DNA of 64,000 nt from Scyliorhinus canicula (Eukaryota): the NCBI RefSeq assembly GCF_902713615.1, contig NW_024055478.1:124001-188000 (forward strand), given 5' to 3'. Both the position numbers and the translations under genes were made by a program. Every line of letters starts with the position of its first letter. The first letter of the stretch is position 1. A model generated the notes under the pieces. It was not told the origin of the DNA and did not search any database. It saw nothing but the letters and a program-made list of their open reading frames with translations. This document shows, piece after piece, positions 23,466-36,781 of this stretch.

Positions 23466-24216
23466 ATGGTTGTGATAATACTGGCGGCGCTTTGGCATAG
23501 TAAGTAGTTACAGTGTTAATTAAACCAGATTAGCATATTAATACACATAGGCTATGTGTAATTAACGATCGGGAATGTCTATGAAGTGCCTGCATCAGAG
23601 GTCCCAAAAAATGCCGCAGATAGAAGTAGATTTATATCAACTCTGTTTAAACTCAGGGCGGCACGGTGGCGCAATGGTTGGCACTGCTGCCTCATTGCAC
23701 TGAGGACACGGGTTCGATCCCGGTCCCAGATCACTGCCCGTGTGGCGTTTGAACATTCTCACTCCCACAACCTAGATGTACAGGCTAAGTGGACTAGCCA
23801 CGCTAAAAAGCACCTCTTAATTGAAAAAAACTCTAACTTTATAAAGGAACAACAATCTGTTCATTTCATTCCTTCACTTTCGCAGGCCGGCTATATGTAA
23901 TCCAGTAGCCCAGTCAGCAGTGACAATAACTGTCCCAGAAGGGGGTTCGGTGAAGTTAAATTGCCAATATAAAGGCCCCAACATGTACAAAATGCAATGA
24001 TATCAGGAGAAACCGGCACAGCCACCGAGATTGATTATCACCAACACCTTAGTAATGAAGAAAGATGTGGGTTCAGGACGATATCTGGCGGTTGCTGACA
24101 AATCTAAACAGAACAGTTACCTCAGTATCAGCGCATTCGATGCGGAGGACGTGGTGGTCTATTACTGCTCACTGAGGAACAGCGTTAGAGAAAACCTAAA
24201 GCCCCGTACACAACGC
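23466..24216 (+). pseudogene. TCR alpha/delta-type V pseudogene (leader 23466-23499, V exon from 23886)
   Basis: MVVIILAALWH|gtaagt; VPEGGSVKLNCQY...MQ*YQEKP (W41 is TGA)...EDVVVYYCSLR; heptamer aacagcg, 23-nt spacer, acacaacgc. Confidence 0.85.
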
Positions 24217-25554
24217 TGAGTGAGTGTTTACAGCATCACTGAGGTTCCTTTCCGAGAAGGAATTGATCCCAGGCTCAGGCAAGCAATCATGTCTATTCAC
24301 CGGACAGTTTTCTGTCCTTGTGTAGATCGACAGAGGAATAGTTTGGGAAATCCTGAGAGCTTTGGCTGAAAATATCAGCCATGATTGAATGGCGAAGCAC
24401 ACTCGATGGGCCAAGTGGCCTAATTCTGCTCCTGTGTCTAATGGCCTTATCATCTTATTATTGTCTATTATACTGCACATTTTATTGTAACTTTAAAACC
24501 GGGGTATCTACCTACCAGCAGAGGGAGGCACTCAAATGAGGAGTTAAGATGGACGGAAATCATGGCCTGCTCTCGCAGATGAGTCCAAGGACAAAGACTT
24601 CTCGTTACCCGTTCCTGTAACGAAATGCAGAATGGATCACTGTCTGCTGCGGTACTAAATGTACCAGGTACTTAATGGGCGGCACTGTGGCTCAGTGGTT
24701 TGCATTGCTGCCTCACAGCTCCAGGAACCCGGGTTCGATTCCCGGCTTGAGTCACTGTCTGTGTGGAGTCTGCACATTCTCCCACTGTCTGCATGGGTTT
24801 CCTCAGGGTGTTCCGGTTTCCTCCCACAAGTCGCAAAAAGACGTGCTGTTAGGTAATTTGGACATTCTGAATTCTCCCTCTGTGTACCCGAACAGGCATC
24901 GGAACAGACTTCATTGCAGTCTTAATGTAAGCCAAATTGTGACACTAATACAGATTATTATTATGTACAATAACCGCTGAACAACATGAGAATTACTATC
25001 AGTCTGGGACATGGGAAGCACATAGTGCCAGGTTTATACTTTAATAGAAATCAAGTTGTTGATCGAAAATACTTGAAGTTTCTGTTGACACGACATGTTT
25101 TATGTTGGATTCCCACACAGATCAGGGACAGACTTCGCCCAATTGAGACGAAGGGGCGCTAAGGGGCAATTCAGCATGGTCAATCCAGATTTCCTACACA
25201 TCTTTGAACTGTGGGAGGAAATCGCTTCTCGCCCTTTTGCTAAGATGAGCGTGAGGTCAGGTGGAATGCGTGGATCTGGTATGTCTCTCTTCTGGGGGCC
25301 ATGAATTGGATTCAATTTGAATTAGTTTTTGGAGCAGGCATGGAGCTGCTTTAGGGGTTTGCCCCTGTCCACACTCTGAGCTCTAGCTTTGTAACTCTGA
25401 TAAGGTCTTTAAAAAAAATTGAGCAGCCGGAGGAAACCCTCGCAGACATGGGGAGAAAGTGCAAACTGCACACTCACGGCCGGAAGTGAACCCGGGTCCC
25501 TGGCGCTGTGAGGCAGCAGTGCTAACCACTGTACCACTCCTGTTCCACCGCACT

Positions 25555-27125
25555 TGCAGGACAATAGAGGCATGGATTCTAAAAGCAGGGAGATCATGTT
25601 GGAGTTGTACAGAACTGTCGTGAGACCGCAGCTGGAGTACTGTGTGCAATTCTGGGCGCCACATTATAGGAGCATGTGATTGCACTGGAGGGGTTGCAGA
25701 AGAGATTCACCATTATGTTGCCTGGGATGGAACATTTATGTTATGAAGAGAAGTTGCATAGTCTTGGGTGTACAAGATTACGAGGGTCATGGCAGGGTGG
25801 ATAGGGAGCAGCTGTTCCCCTTCGTTGAAGTGTCAGTTGCGAGGGGACACAAATTCAAGGTGAGGGGCAGGAGGTTATGGGGGATTGGAGGAAAATCTTA
25901 TTTATTCAAAGGATGGTGACTATCTGGAGTAACCTACGTGGGAGGGTGGTAGAGGCAGTGTGCTTCACATCCATTAAATAGTACCTGGATGAGCACATTA
26001 CACGTCTTCACATTCAAGGCTATGGAACACGTGCTGACAAATGAGGTCCTGTATTTAGTCCTGTATATTTCACGTGTTGGTTCAGACTCGATTGACCGGA
26101 AGGCCTCATCTGAACTGGTGGTTCTGTGTATCTGGGATTCTGAGTGCTATAACATTCCTGGCGCTATATTAATTCCGCGAGTGACAAACTTCCAGTATTT
26201 CCGCGTACATATTTATGTCCAGGCATTGGCTGCCCAATTTTACTGGCCTTGTCTTTCACTAGCGTGTCGCTGGCAATCAGGGGAATGCATTTCTCTGCTG
26301 CAATAAAGCAAGATGTGATAATGTTGGGATAGCAAGTGCCGTGAGCTGGCTGCGGCAAAGGGATCGCCGCACCATTGAAGGATACGGCCTGCTGGTGTGG
26401 GGGCTCAGCTCAACGATTCTGTGTCTCCCTCAGTAACAAACACTGACTCGGGAAAATGCAGGGCATTTTCATTGCCATATGAGCATCCGACTTGGGAGCA
26501 GGGAGTTGGTCAATCGACCACTCGAGTCTACTCCACAATTCAGTGACATCATGACTAAGGTGACCATGGCCTCAGCTCCACATTCCGTGTAACCCAAGGA
26601 CGCTGGTAAAGGTATAATCAGTAAATTCGCAGATTCCGAGAAAATTGTTGATGTGGTAAATAGTGAGGAGGAAAACCTTAAAACAGTGGCAAATTGACTC
26701 TGAAAATTGTGAGGTGATGCAATTTGGGAGGGCTAGAAAGGCAACGGAATATATAATGAAATATAGGCCGCTTGGTAATTACAGTAACCAGAGGGACCTC
26801 GGGTGCGTATCCATGGACCCCTGAAATCAGCAGGACAGGAAAATACGGTGGTTATGAAATAGTTGCGTTTATTTTCCGTTGAACATAAGAGCAGGGAGGT
26901 TATGATGAAGCTGCAGAAACACTGGTTAGGCAACGGCTGGATCCCTGTGTGCAGTTCTGGTCGCCACACTACCGGAAGGGTTTGATTGCACGAAAGAGGA
27001 TGCAGTGGAGATTCCCCAGGATGTTGCCGGGGATGGAGTGTTTCGGCTGTGAAGACAGGCTGATTAGCTTAGGGTTGTTTTCCTCAGAGCAGAGAAGGCT
27101 GAAGAAGGACCTGTTCGAGGTTTAT
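25555..27125 (+). mobile_element. Cluster of CR1-type LINE fragments; paralog at ~47010-48580; another on the minus strand at ~50560-51300
   Basis: [21 protein letters not shown]-type motifs; RLQDDID...W...WQMEFN on the minus copy. Confidence 0.7.
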
Positions 27126-27684
27126 TAAATCTATCTAATCCACCTATTCTGCATATTTTTGGGTTGTAGGAGGAAACCGCGGCACACGGAGGAAACCATC
27201 ACAGACCCGGGGACAACGTGCAAACGCCACGAGTTCGTCCAAGGCCAGAGTAGAATCCGGGTCCCTGGCGCTGTGAGACAGCAGTGCTAGCCACTGTGCC
27301 GCCCTAAATAACCGAACTCTTTGAGCAGGTTTTTGATTATATGACCTGAATGCTCCTCTGAAACTCCTTTGGACATGTAATGACGTGAAAAGCGCAATAT
27401 GAATTTAAATTGTTGCATTTGTTATAGTTCAGTGAGACCTGATAGTTTAGTGAGTGAGTGAGTCTGTACACCAGTATATGAACAAGAAGCAGGAGTTTTG
27501 GAATCACAGATCGATTCGTCAATCTTACATCTGTTATGAATGCAAGTTGCAATCGTAAACTGGTTTAACTGTGCAACTGGACCTCACCTCTTGCTTTTTG
27601 TGCGATGTTTTGTTACAATGTTTGTCACTCACTGTGGAAACTGAACTGCCGATGAGGGAGCAGCAGCTGGAACTGCCAGTGTGG

Positions 27685-28229
27685 GGTTTTTGTACGGGAC
27701 CCACCATATCTCTGTAGCAGTGTGGGCTGCATGCAACAGAAATACACGGCGCTGTCGGAGATCATTGTGTTACTGATCGTTAGCTCGGTAGTCTTGTTCT
27801 TTTTATCAAACGTAGAAGAAAACCGATCATTGAGGTCGGTTTTTCTTTGCACAGCCTGTCCAATAAGAAGAAACATGTACATTGGAGCTTTGCCGGGCTG
27901 CTGACTGTACCAGTACACATAAAGGCTAGAAGCGCTTGTTTTCAAGGTGCAGGTTAATGTAACTTCATTTTCCTCTGTAACTGTTATTTCAGGTTCCTTT
28001 TGTTCCACGGTGTCCTGGTGGCTCCATTCTAACAGAAATAACAACAATAATGACAATCAGAGTTAGCATCGCATTCAGCAATACTATCATCAGCAAAATA
28101 ATAACTGTCATTTTACCAACAATAAAATCTGGGTTACAGCAGCCAGGAAGAGAATGAAGTGTCACTGGGAAGGAAATGCTTACTGAGAAGTGAGATAACG
28201 ATGATGAGCGAAGCGAGATGGTTCCTCAT
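27685..28229 (-). CDS. Apparently intact TCR alpha/delta-type V segment: leader 28229-28184 (46 nt), V exon 28028-27725, RSS 27724-27685
   Basis: MRNHLASLIIVISLL|K-WSHQDTVEQ...VTLTC...VYWYSQQPGKAP...LTISNTMISDSAVYFCCMQP; GT/AG sites in phase 1; CACACTG-24 nt-ACAAAAACC. Confidence 0.9.
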
Positions 28230-29107
28230 GATCCTTCTTGAGTTTGTATCTCTACAATGAGATCAATCCTCTGTCAGAGACAGAAATACAGATCCTCGTC
28301 ATACTGCACTGCTGACCCGACCAATGAGAGGAATGAACCAGCAGCAGCAATCTCTCCAGTAACACAATTGGGTCAGAGTGAGAGCAGCAACCGGAAGCTG
28401 TGGGCGGGGATATCGCCGTCTGAATATTGAGTGAAGTGTGCGGTGACTCTCAGTTGCACTCGGAACTGATGGAGCGGAAATAGCGACGGTTGAATCTTCA
28501 CTAGACTGTAACCATCCTGCACCTGCTCACTGTGCAAGTCACTGAGAAGAAATAGATCGGGAGGACATGACGGACTAGAATCTAGAATCTTCGAGTCAGG
28601 GATGAGGCCACACGATCTATATTGCCCGAGACACTTTGAAATGGTTATCTTATTCTTCTTTCAAAAATAGCATTTTCTACATAGCCGGGTAATTGCCTTT
28701 ACATTTCCTTCTTAAAGTTATTGTTGAATTTTCTTCCTTTATTTAGACACCTCTTCTGTAGTTCAGCAAATCGCAGTGTAGATAATGAATGGAATTTTCC
28801 TGGGCTTTATTTCTCCTCGATCCCTGTATTATCCAAGGATCTGCTCGTGGAAACAGCTCCGTGTCATCTTCTTTGACAGACCCACTTATATTTCAGCAAC
28901 TCAGTACAGTCTCTCCTTTACTTTCTTTGACCTAAGGAGAGGTGGCCTTGTGGCGTCATCGGCAGCTTCCGTGCCTCTGGCGCCTTAGTCGTGGAGCTTT
29001 ACGGCAAACAAGAGGCCCTTTGACACATCATGTTTGCCCCGGTCATCAAGTACCGATCTAGTCTAAACCAATTTCTGACACTTTTCCCCCACAACCCCCA
29101 CCGTAAA

Positions 29108-29685
29108 TGTTTCAAGTACAGTAACTCCCCAGTGCTCAGCCCTGATCAGCGAGGTTCAGACCTGGTGCACTAAATTCATGACGTGGTACTCCATGTCCTA
29201 TATAATTTCTGTCCAGGTTGAGGAAATGGAAGAGGAGAGCCTCTCGTTCCAGCACCTCACCCATCTATAGAGTTCAATCCCCCATCTTCGGATTCCACTA
29301 GACCCCCAGTACCAGAACGCTTGCTGAAGGCTGCAGTACAAGACCAGGACGAAGGCCTCGTTCTCTGACCTTGCCTGTTCCTGTTAGATAAGTATTCTGA
29401 TCACTTAAGTTTAGTTATAGCTTAGTCTCTTAGTGTGTGCATGAATATTTATTATAACTGTATAATAAATATTGATCGTTTGAACCTTACTAATCGGTGT
29501 ATCGTCTTTATTACTTTGAACTTGACCTTGGAATACTTGTGACGGTGTCTATACGGCACCTGGCGACTCCAGAGCTGAATAAATACATAGAACAGAGCCT
29601 AGTAGTGTTAAGCACACGTCGAATACGGAGGCGTGTTAATACACTCCAATAAACGCGTTTTACAACCACAGTAAAACGTGCAACA
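29108..29685 (+). mobile_element. LTR-like element (solo LTR?)
   Basis: TG...CAACA ends and AATAAA signals; sits at the boundary of the segmental duplication; no TSD confirmed. Confidence 0.35.
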
Positions 29686-30439
29686 AGTGTGCTTGGAGAT
29701 ATGGGGAACTGGGTATCATGTGGAAAACACAATACGGATTAATAAATTTGCTGAGTAAACACACTTGATCCTAAATTATAAAATCAGATACTGGATGAAG
29801 TAAATATCCTTCATGCAGTATTCCACTATTTAAGTTGTGAATAATTGACAGTGTGATAGGTCAGTTATTGTGCAGAGCTGGAATAGAACTTGTCTTTCCC
29901 CAGTGAGAGGCCAGAAAGCAAACACGTGGCACAGCCGCTTTTAACAATAATTGCAATGCAACCTCAAAAAAGATAGACTTCCCTCTGATTATGAAATGTG
30001 CGTCTGTTTTGATTGGGTGCAACAGAGATGTTTTCAATATGAAAAGCACAGGCAGCGCCCAGGATCAGACAGATTGGAACTTACAATGAAGTTGATGTTG
30101 TGAAGTAATGAGTCAGCTTAAGTTACATCTGACTCCAGCTTCTCCCTCTCAAACTGCAGGGTAAACTCTATCATATTGTGATGTGGAGATGCCGGCGTTG
30201 GACTGGGGTGAGCACAGTAAGAAGTCTTACAACACCAGGTTAAAGTCCAACAGGTTTGTTTCAAACACGAGCTTTCAGAGCGCAGCTCCTTCCTCAGGTG
30301 AATGGTGAGGTATCATCCAGAAACATTTATATAGACAAAGTCAGAGATGCCGGACAATGCTTGGAATGCGAGCATTTGCAGGTAATCAAATCATTACAGA
30401 TCCAGAGAGAGGGATAATCACAGGTTAAAGAGTAACCGC

Positions 30440-33400
30440 TGTAAATAGTGATGTGCTACGCACTGCAAATAATGACATACTGACCATGGACCACAGTAAA
30501 TAATGATATTCTACCCAGGGACCACTGTACTAATGATATACTACCGAGGGCCACTGTAAATAATGGCATACTACACAGGCAACACTGTAAATAAAGATAT
30601 ATCACCCAGTGACCACTGTAAATGATAACATAGTTTCCAGGGACCACTGTTAATAATGAAATTCCACCCTAGGACCTTGGTAAATAATGATGAACTTCAC
30701 AGGAACAACTGTAAATAATGATATATTGCCCAGAGACCACGGAAAATAATGATATACTACCCAGGGACCTCTGTAAATAATGATATACTAAGCAGGGACC
30801 ACTAGAAATAATGATGTACTATCCAGGACCACTGTAAATAACAAAATCACACGCTCGGACCGTTGAAGATAATGATGTACTACAACTGGGCCGCTGTCAA
30901 GAATGGCATACTGCCCAGGGACCACTGAAATAATAGAATAGTAGCCAGGGACCACTGGAAATAATGATATACTACACAGGGACCACTGGAAATAATGATA
31001 CACTACCCAGGGACCACTGTAAATAATGATATACTACACAGGGACCACTGTCAATAATGATATCCTACCCAGGGACCACTGTAAATAATGAAATTACACG
31101 CTGGGACCGTTGTAAATAATGATGTACTATACAGGGGCCAATGTAAAGAATGACATTTTACCCAGGGACCACTGTAAATAATGAAATTACACGCGGGGAC
31201 CGTTGTAAATAAGGATGTACTATACAGGGGCCAGTGTAAAGAATGACATTTTACCCAGGGACCACTGGAAATAATGATATACTGGCCAGGGACCACTCTA
31301 AATAAGGATATACTATCCAGAGACCTCTGTAAATAACGAACCTACATGCTGGGCCGCTGTATATAATGATGAACTACACAGTGACGACTGTAAATAAAAT
31401 ATCTAATCCAGGGCCCCAGGAAATAACGAAATCAAACGAAATTAAACAAAATTAAATCATGATATATGACACGGGACCATTGTATATAATGATATACTGC
31501 CCAGGGACCACTGTATATAATGATACACAATCCAGTGACCACTGTAAGTAATGATACACAATCCAGATACCACTGTAAATAATGATATACTATCCAGGGA
31601 TCACTGTAAATAATGATATACTGGCCAGGGACAATTGTGAACAGTGAAATTCGACTCTGGGACCGTTGTAAATAATTATGTACTGCAAATGGACCTCTGA
31701 AAAAAATGAATACTTCCCAGAGACCACAACATATAGACATAGACATAGAACAGTACAGCATAGAACAGGCCCTTCGGCCCTCGATGTTGTGCCGAACAAT
31801 GATCACCCTACTTTAAACCCACGTAACCCGTATCCCAACAATCCCCCCATTAACCTTACACTACGGGCAATTTAGCATGGCCAATCCACCTAACCCGCAC
31901 ATCTTTGGACTGTGGGAGGAAACCGGAGCACCCGGAGGAAACCCACGCACACACAGGGAGGATGTGCAGACTCCACACAGACAGTGACCCAGCCGGGAAT
32001 CGAACCTGGGACCCTGGAGCTGTGAAGCATTGATGCTAACCACCATGCTACCGTGAGGCCCCTATAAAGATATAGTACCCAGGGACAACTGTAAATAATG
32101 TTTTATACCACACGGGAACCACGGTACATAATGATATACTGCCCAGGGACCACTGTAAATAATGACATGCTACCCACGGTCCATTCTAAATAATGATATA
32201 CTACCCAGATACCATTGTAAATAATGATATAGTATCCAGGGACACCTGTAAATAATGACTCCACCCTCGTAGTACGGGAAATAATGATATTCTGCCGAGG
32301 GACCACTTAGAATAATAATATTCAACCCAGGGACCACTGTAAATAATAATATCCTCCTCAGGTAGAATATCATTATTTACAGTGATCCCTGGGTAGAATA
32401 TCATTATTAACCGCGGTCCCTGGTTAGAATATCATTATTTACAGTGATCCCTGGGCAGTATGTCGTTCTTTACAGTGATCCCTGGGCAGTATATCATTAT
32501 TTACAGTGATCCCTGGTGAGAATATCATTATTTACACTGGTCCCTTTGTAGTATCTCGTTATTTACCGTGGTCCCTGGGTAGAATATCCTTATTAAATGT
32601 TGCCCCTCTGTAGAATATAATTATTTACAGACGTTCCTGGGCGGTATGTCATTATTTGCAGTGGTCTCTGGGTAATATGTAATTATTTACACTGGTCCCT
32701 GGGTGGTAAATCATAATTTACAGTGGTCCCTGGGCAATATATAAATATTCACAGTGGTCCCTGGGTAGTATACCATTACTTACAGTGACCCTGGTAGCAT
32801 ATCATTATTTACAATTGTCCCTGTGCAGTATATCATTATTCACAGTGGACCCTCAGTCGTAAATCATTATTTACAGTGGTCCCTAGGCAACATATCATTA
32901 TTTACCGTGGTCCCTAGGCAGCATATCATTATTTACTGTGGTCCCTAGGCAGCATATCATTATTTACTGTGGTCCCTAGGCAGCATATCATTATTTACTG
33001 TGGTCCCTAGGCAGCATATCATTATTTACAGTGGTCCCTAGGCAGCATATCATTATTTACAGTGGTCCCTAGGCAGCATATCATTATTTACCGTGGTCCC
33101 TAGGCAGCATATCATTATTTACTGTGGTCCCTAGGCAGCATATCATTATTTACAGTGGTCCCTAGGCAGCATATCATTATTTACTGTGGTCCCTAGGCAG
33201 CATATCATTATTTACTGTGGTCCCTAGGCAGCATATCATTATTTACTGTGGTCCCTAGGCAGCATATCATTATTTACAGTGGTCCCTAGGCAGCATATCA
33301 TTATTTACTGTGGTCCCTAGGCAACATATCATTATTTACAGTGATCCCTGGGCAACATGTCATTATTTACCGTGGTCCGTAGGCAGCATATCATTATTTA

Positions 33401-33850
33401 CTGTGGTCCCTAGGCAGCATATCATTATTTGCAGTGGTCCCTAGGCAACATATCATTATTTACTGTGGTCCCTAGGCAGCATATCATTATTTACAATGGT
33501 CCCTAGGCAACATATCATTATTTACAGAGGGCCCTGGGCAATATATCATTAATCACATTGATCCTTTGGCAGTAGATCATTATTTGCAGTGGTCTCTGGG
33601 CACCATATCATTATTTACAGTGGTCCCTCGGCAGCATATCATTATTTACAGTGGTCCCTAGGCAACATATCATTATTTACTGTGGTCCCTCGACAGCATA
33701 TCATTATTTACAGTGGCCCCCAGGCAACATATCATTATTTACCGTTGTCCTAGGCAACATATCATTATTTACCGTGGTCCCTAGGCAGTAGATCATTATT
33801 TGCAGTGGTCCCTAGGCAGCATATCATTATTTACAATGGTCCCTAGGCAA
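30440..33850. repeat. 31-bp satellite array, plus orientation to ~32355 then reversed; SINE inserted at 31730-32062
   Basis: The unit changes from gggaccactgtaaataatg to cattatttacagtggtccc at ~32360. Confidence 0.95.
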
Positions 33851-33895
33851 CATAGAGCGCCCTCTGCCGAGAAATGGCTGGGACTCCCAGTGTGA

Positions 33896-34145
33896 GTGTT
33901 TGGGACGGGACCCGCTATATCTCTGCAGCAGTGTGGGCTCCATGGCGCAGAAATACACGGCACTGTCGGAGAGATCAGCCACGGCGATATTTAAAGGAAC
34001 CGTTTGGTTTTATTTGTGCAAAGCTGCCGAGAACCTGGCCTGGAAATCTGGAGACTTACCCGAACTGCCCTGACTATAGATTCTCATTACATTCCTCGGA
34101 GGATTCCCGGGATACTGAATATACCAGAAAAGAGTTTCTGGTACC
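33896..34145 (-). pseudogene. 3' half of a TCR V segment with RSS, fused at its 5' side to a tRNA-cassette remnant
   Basis: WYIQYPGNPPRNVMRIYSQG...LHK*NQTVPLNIAVADLSDSAVYFCAMEP; CACACTG (33935-33929)-24 nt-cccaaacac. Confidence 0.85.
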
Positions 34146-35674
34146 AGAAAAGAGAAAGCGGAAAATACTGGAACAACTCAGGGAGTCATGCGGCATTTGT
34201 CGACAGGCCAACAAAGCTCGTCTTTCACCATCACCTTTCATTCAAACCGGGACAGGTTAGAAATGTAGGACGCCTTGACCAAGAGAAATCCCGGAGGGAG
34301 GAAACAGAACAACAGGAAAGGATTCTGATAGGGGGCAAGTCAGGAGAGATTAAATAAGAAAAGACCTTGGATTCCCTGGCCACAAGGTGAGGTTAGCATC
34401 AAATCAGAGAATAATGACACCACAGTATGAGGCCATTCAGGCCGCCGAGTCTGTGCCAGCTCCCTGTTAGTGCAGTAGAAGAAACAAAGAAACAAAAGAT
34501 ATGTCTGGAAAAGCTATCGATAGCAGATTGATCAACAACTACCGCCCGGACACAAAGAACAAGTGGAAACAAGATTCGAACCCAAAGCTGCGATGTAAGG
34601 ACACACAAAATGGTTGCAGCATTTACAGTGTGAAACTGCTGAACACACACTGAGTGTGAAAGCTGTATTGAGCCCAGTGGAAAGATGCGCTGCTGTTCCT
34701 CGAGTGGCTGTTGAGCTTCTTTGGAACATTTCACGACTCCGAGGTCCGGGAGGTCAGCGTTAAGATCCAGCTCCCCAGTCAGTTCAATTCTCCACTTTGG
34801 CTCTGTGGATTAGATGGGTCACGTCCCTGTGGTTAACGCAGATCTGGAGCATCAATTCTATCCAAACGCACTCCAGCTCAGACACTGTGTCCCTCGAACA
34901 TGTTCTGTGGGGAAAGAAACGACGTAAACATCCCGAGTCCTGAGAAATCTTTTTCAGAGTGGGCCAATGTAAATCAACCCCGCCGTCAGCATCGCAAACA
35001 ATTCGTAATCTCTGACCTGGAGTAAAGAGCCTGTCCTGGATTTAAACCCACGACCACTCCCATAGGCATTGATTGAAAATCCCTAAACGAGAACCAGACC
35101 TCGAGACATAGAGCACAAATTTAAAACCGAGCTGAAGCAAAATATAACTTATGTTAATTTCGATATAATTTCTACATCACATGGCTTTATATGTTGAGAC
35201 ATTTGTTTTTTTTTAAGAAACAGCTGTCGTCTGTAACAAGTGACCTGGTCTCTCAAGCAGACCATCAGAACCTGCAGCAACACAGTGACGTTGTACATTG
35301 TACACGTCCATTGATTTGGGCAGCACGGTAGCATTGTGGATAGCACAATCGCTTTACAGCTCTAGTATCCCAAGTTCGATTCCGGCTTGGGTCACTGTCT
35401 GTGCGGAATCTGCACTTCCTCCCCGTGTGTGCGTGGGTTTCCTCCGGGTGCTCCGATTTCCTCCCACAGTCCAAAGATGTGCAAGTCAGGTGGATTGGAC
35501 ATGATAAATTTCCCTTAGTGTCCAAAATTTCCCTTAGTGTTGGGTTGGACTGGGTTATGGGGAAAGGGTAGAGGTGTTAACCTTGGGTAGGGTGCTCTTT
35601 CCAAGAGCCGGTGCAGACTCGATGGGCCGAATGGTCTCCTTCTGCACTGTAATTTCTATGAAAGATTGCCAGCG

Positions 35675-35746
35675 GTTTCTGCAGTGTAGTGGTTATCACG
35701 TCGCCTCAAAAGCGACAGGTCTCCGGCCCGAAACCGGACAGAAACA
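35675..35746 (+). pseudogene. Val-derived tRNA pseudogene, anticodon CAA
   Basis: Val body with a deletion and mutated B-box (ggcccgaaac). Confidence 0.7.
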
Positions 35747-36781
35747 TCCAACATTTCGGATGAGAAAAGTTTGCACAAAATACTTCTGGCTCTGAATATT
35801 GCCGGAAACCTGTGTGTTCGAGGAATATGAGATTTCGTCTCACATGAGCCACTAAAATAAATTGAAAATCAAGTCACAAGCACTGAAATTTCGACAGGCT
35901 ATGAGAAGAAAATAATTTTCTTATTTTGGCACAGCTCGGATATTAGCAGCTAGTTCATCCACAACAGAATTTCAGGGATTTACAAATGCAGATGACATAT
36001 TTATTCGCCATCTCAAACATGTCTAAATGAACGACAAATGCAACTTACTGCGGATGCTTCAAACGGAAACAAAAACAGAAAATACTGGACAATCTCAGCA
36101 GGTCTGACAGCCTCTGGGGAGCGAAATGGCAGCTGTCGTTTCCAGTCAAGTGGACTCTTTGTCAAAGCTGGAGAACTGGAACTGGAGATTCAGACGATTG
36201 TGGGTGGGGGGTGAGGGTGGTGGAGTGCTGTATTGGGTCTCGATAGAGGGCTAGCAATCGGTGGGAAATGACGAAAATGTCTCGGGCAGAAAGAAAAAGG
36301 GAATGTAAATGAGGCTAATCAAGGCTATGAAAGGTGCTGATGGCGCATCAAGCGGTCAGAATGTGTTAATGGCAGAACAAAGGTAAGCAGTGTGTCAGAG
36401 AACAATTACAAACAGGGATCAGATTGCTGAAGTAGGATGGGATGGGCTGGTGGGAGGTGGGCGATGCTGCGGGTAAAACATATCAATGGAAGGGATGATA
36501 AATTGATGGAAAAAACATGTGGTGAAGGGGGAAGTGAGAGTTCACAGTCTGAAGTTGTTGAACTGATAAAATGAAAGGGACAAAGAGCTGTCTGAGTCCA
36601 CCAGAATTAGTCAATAGAAATGTGAATGCCCACACATAGACAAACTTCTCGGGAACGTGTTGGTTCCACGCAGCTTGAGCTCAGCTTCTCAAAGCAAACC
36701 CAATGTGAATGAATCCCGCCGTCGACGCTGCAAAGAAATGAAGAAAACATGCGGTTTGACCAACGGGAAAACCTCATCGAA

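Noticed and set aside
30440-33850. RSS heptamer array in the satellite (TACAGTG/CACTGT)
   Set aside because: Most units lack the essential CAC and there is no nonamer at 12 or 23 nt.
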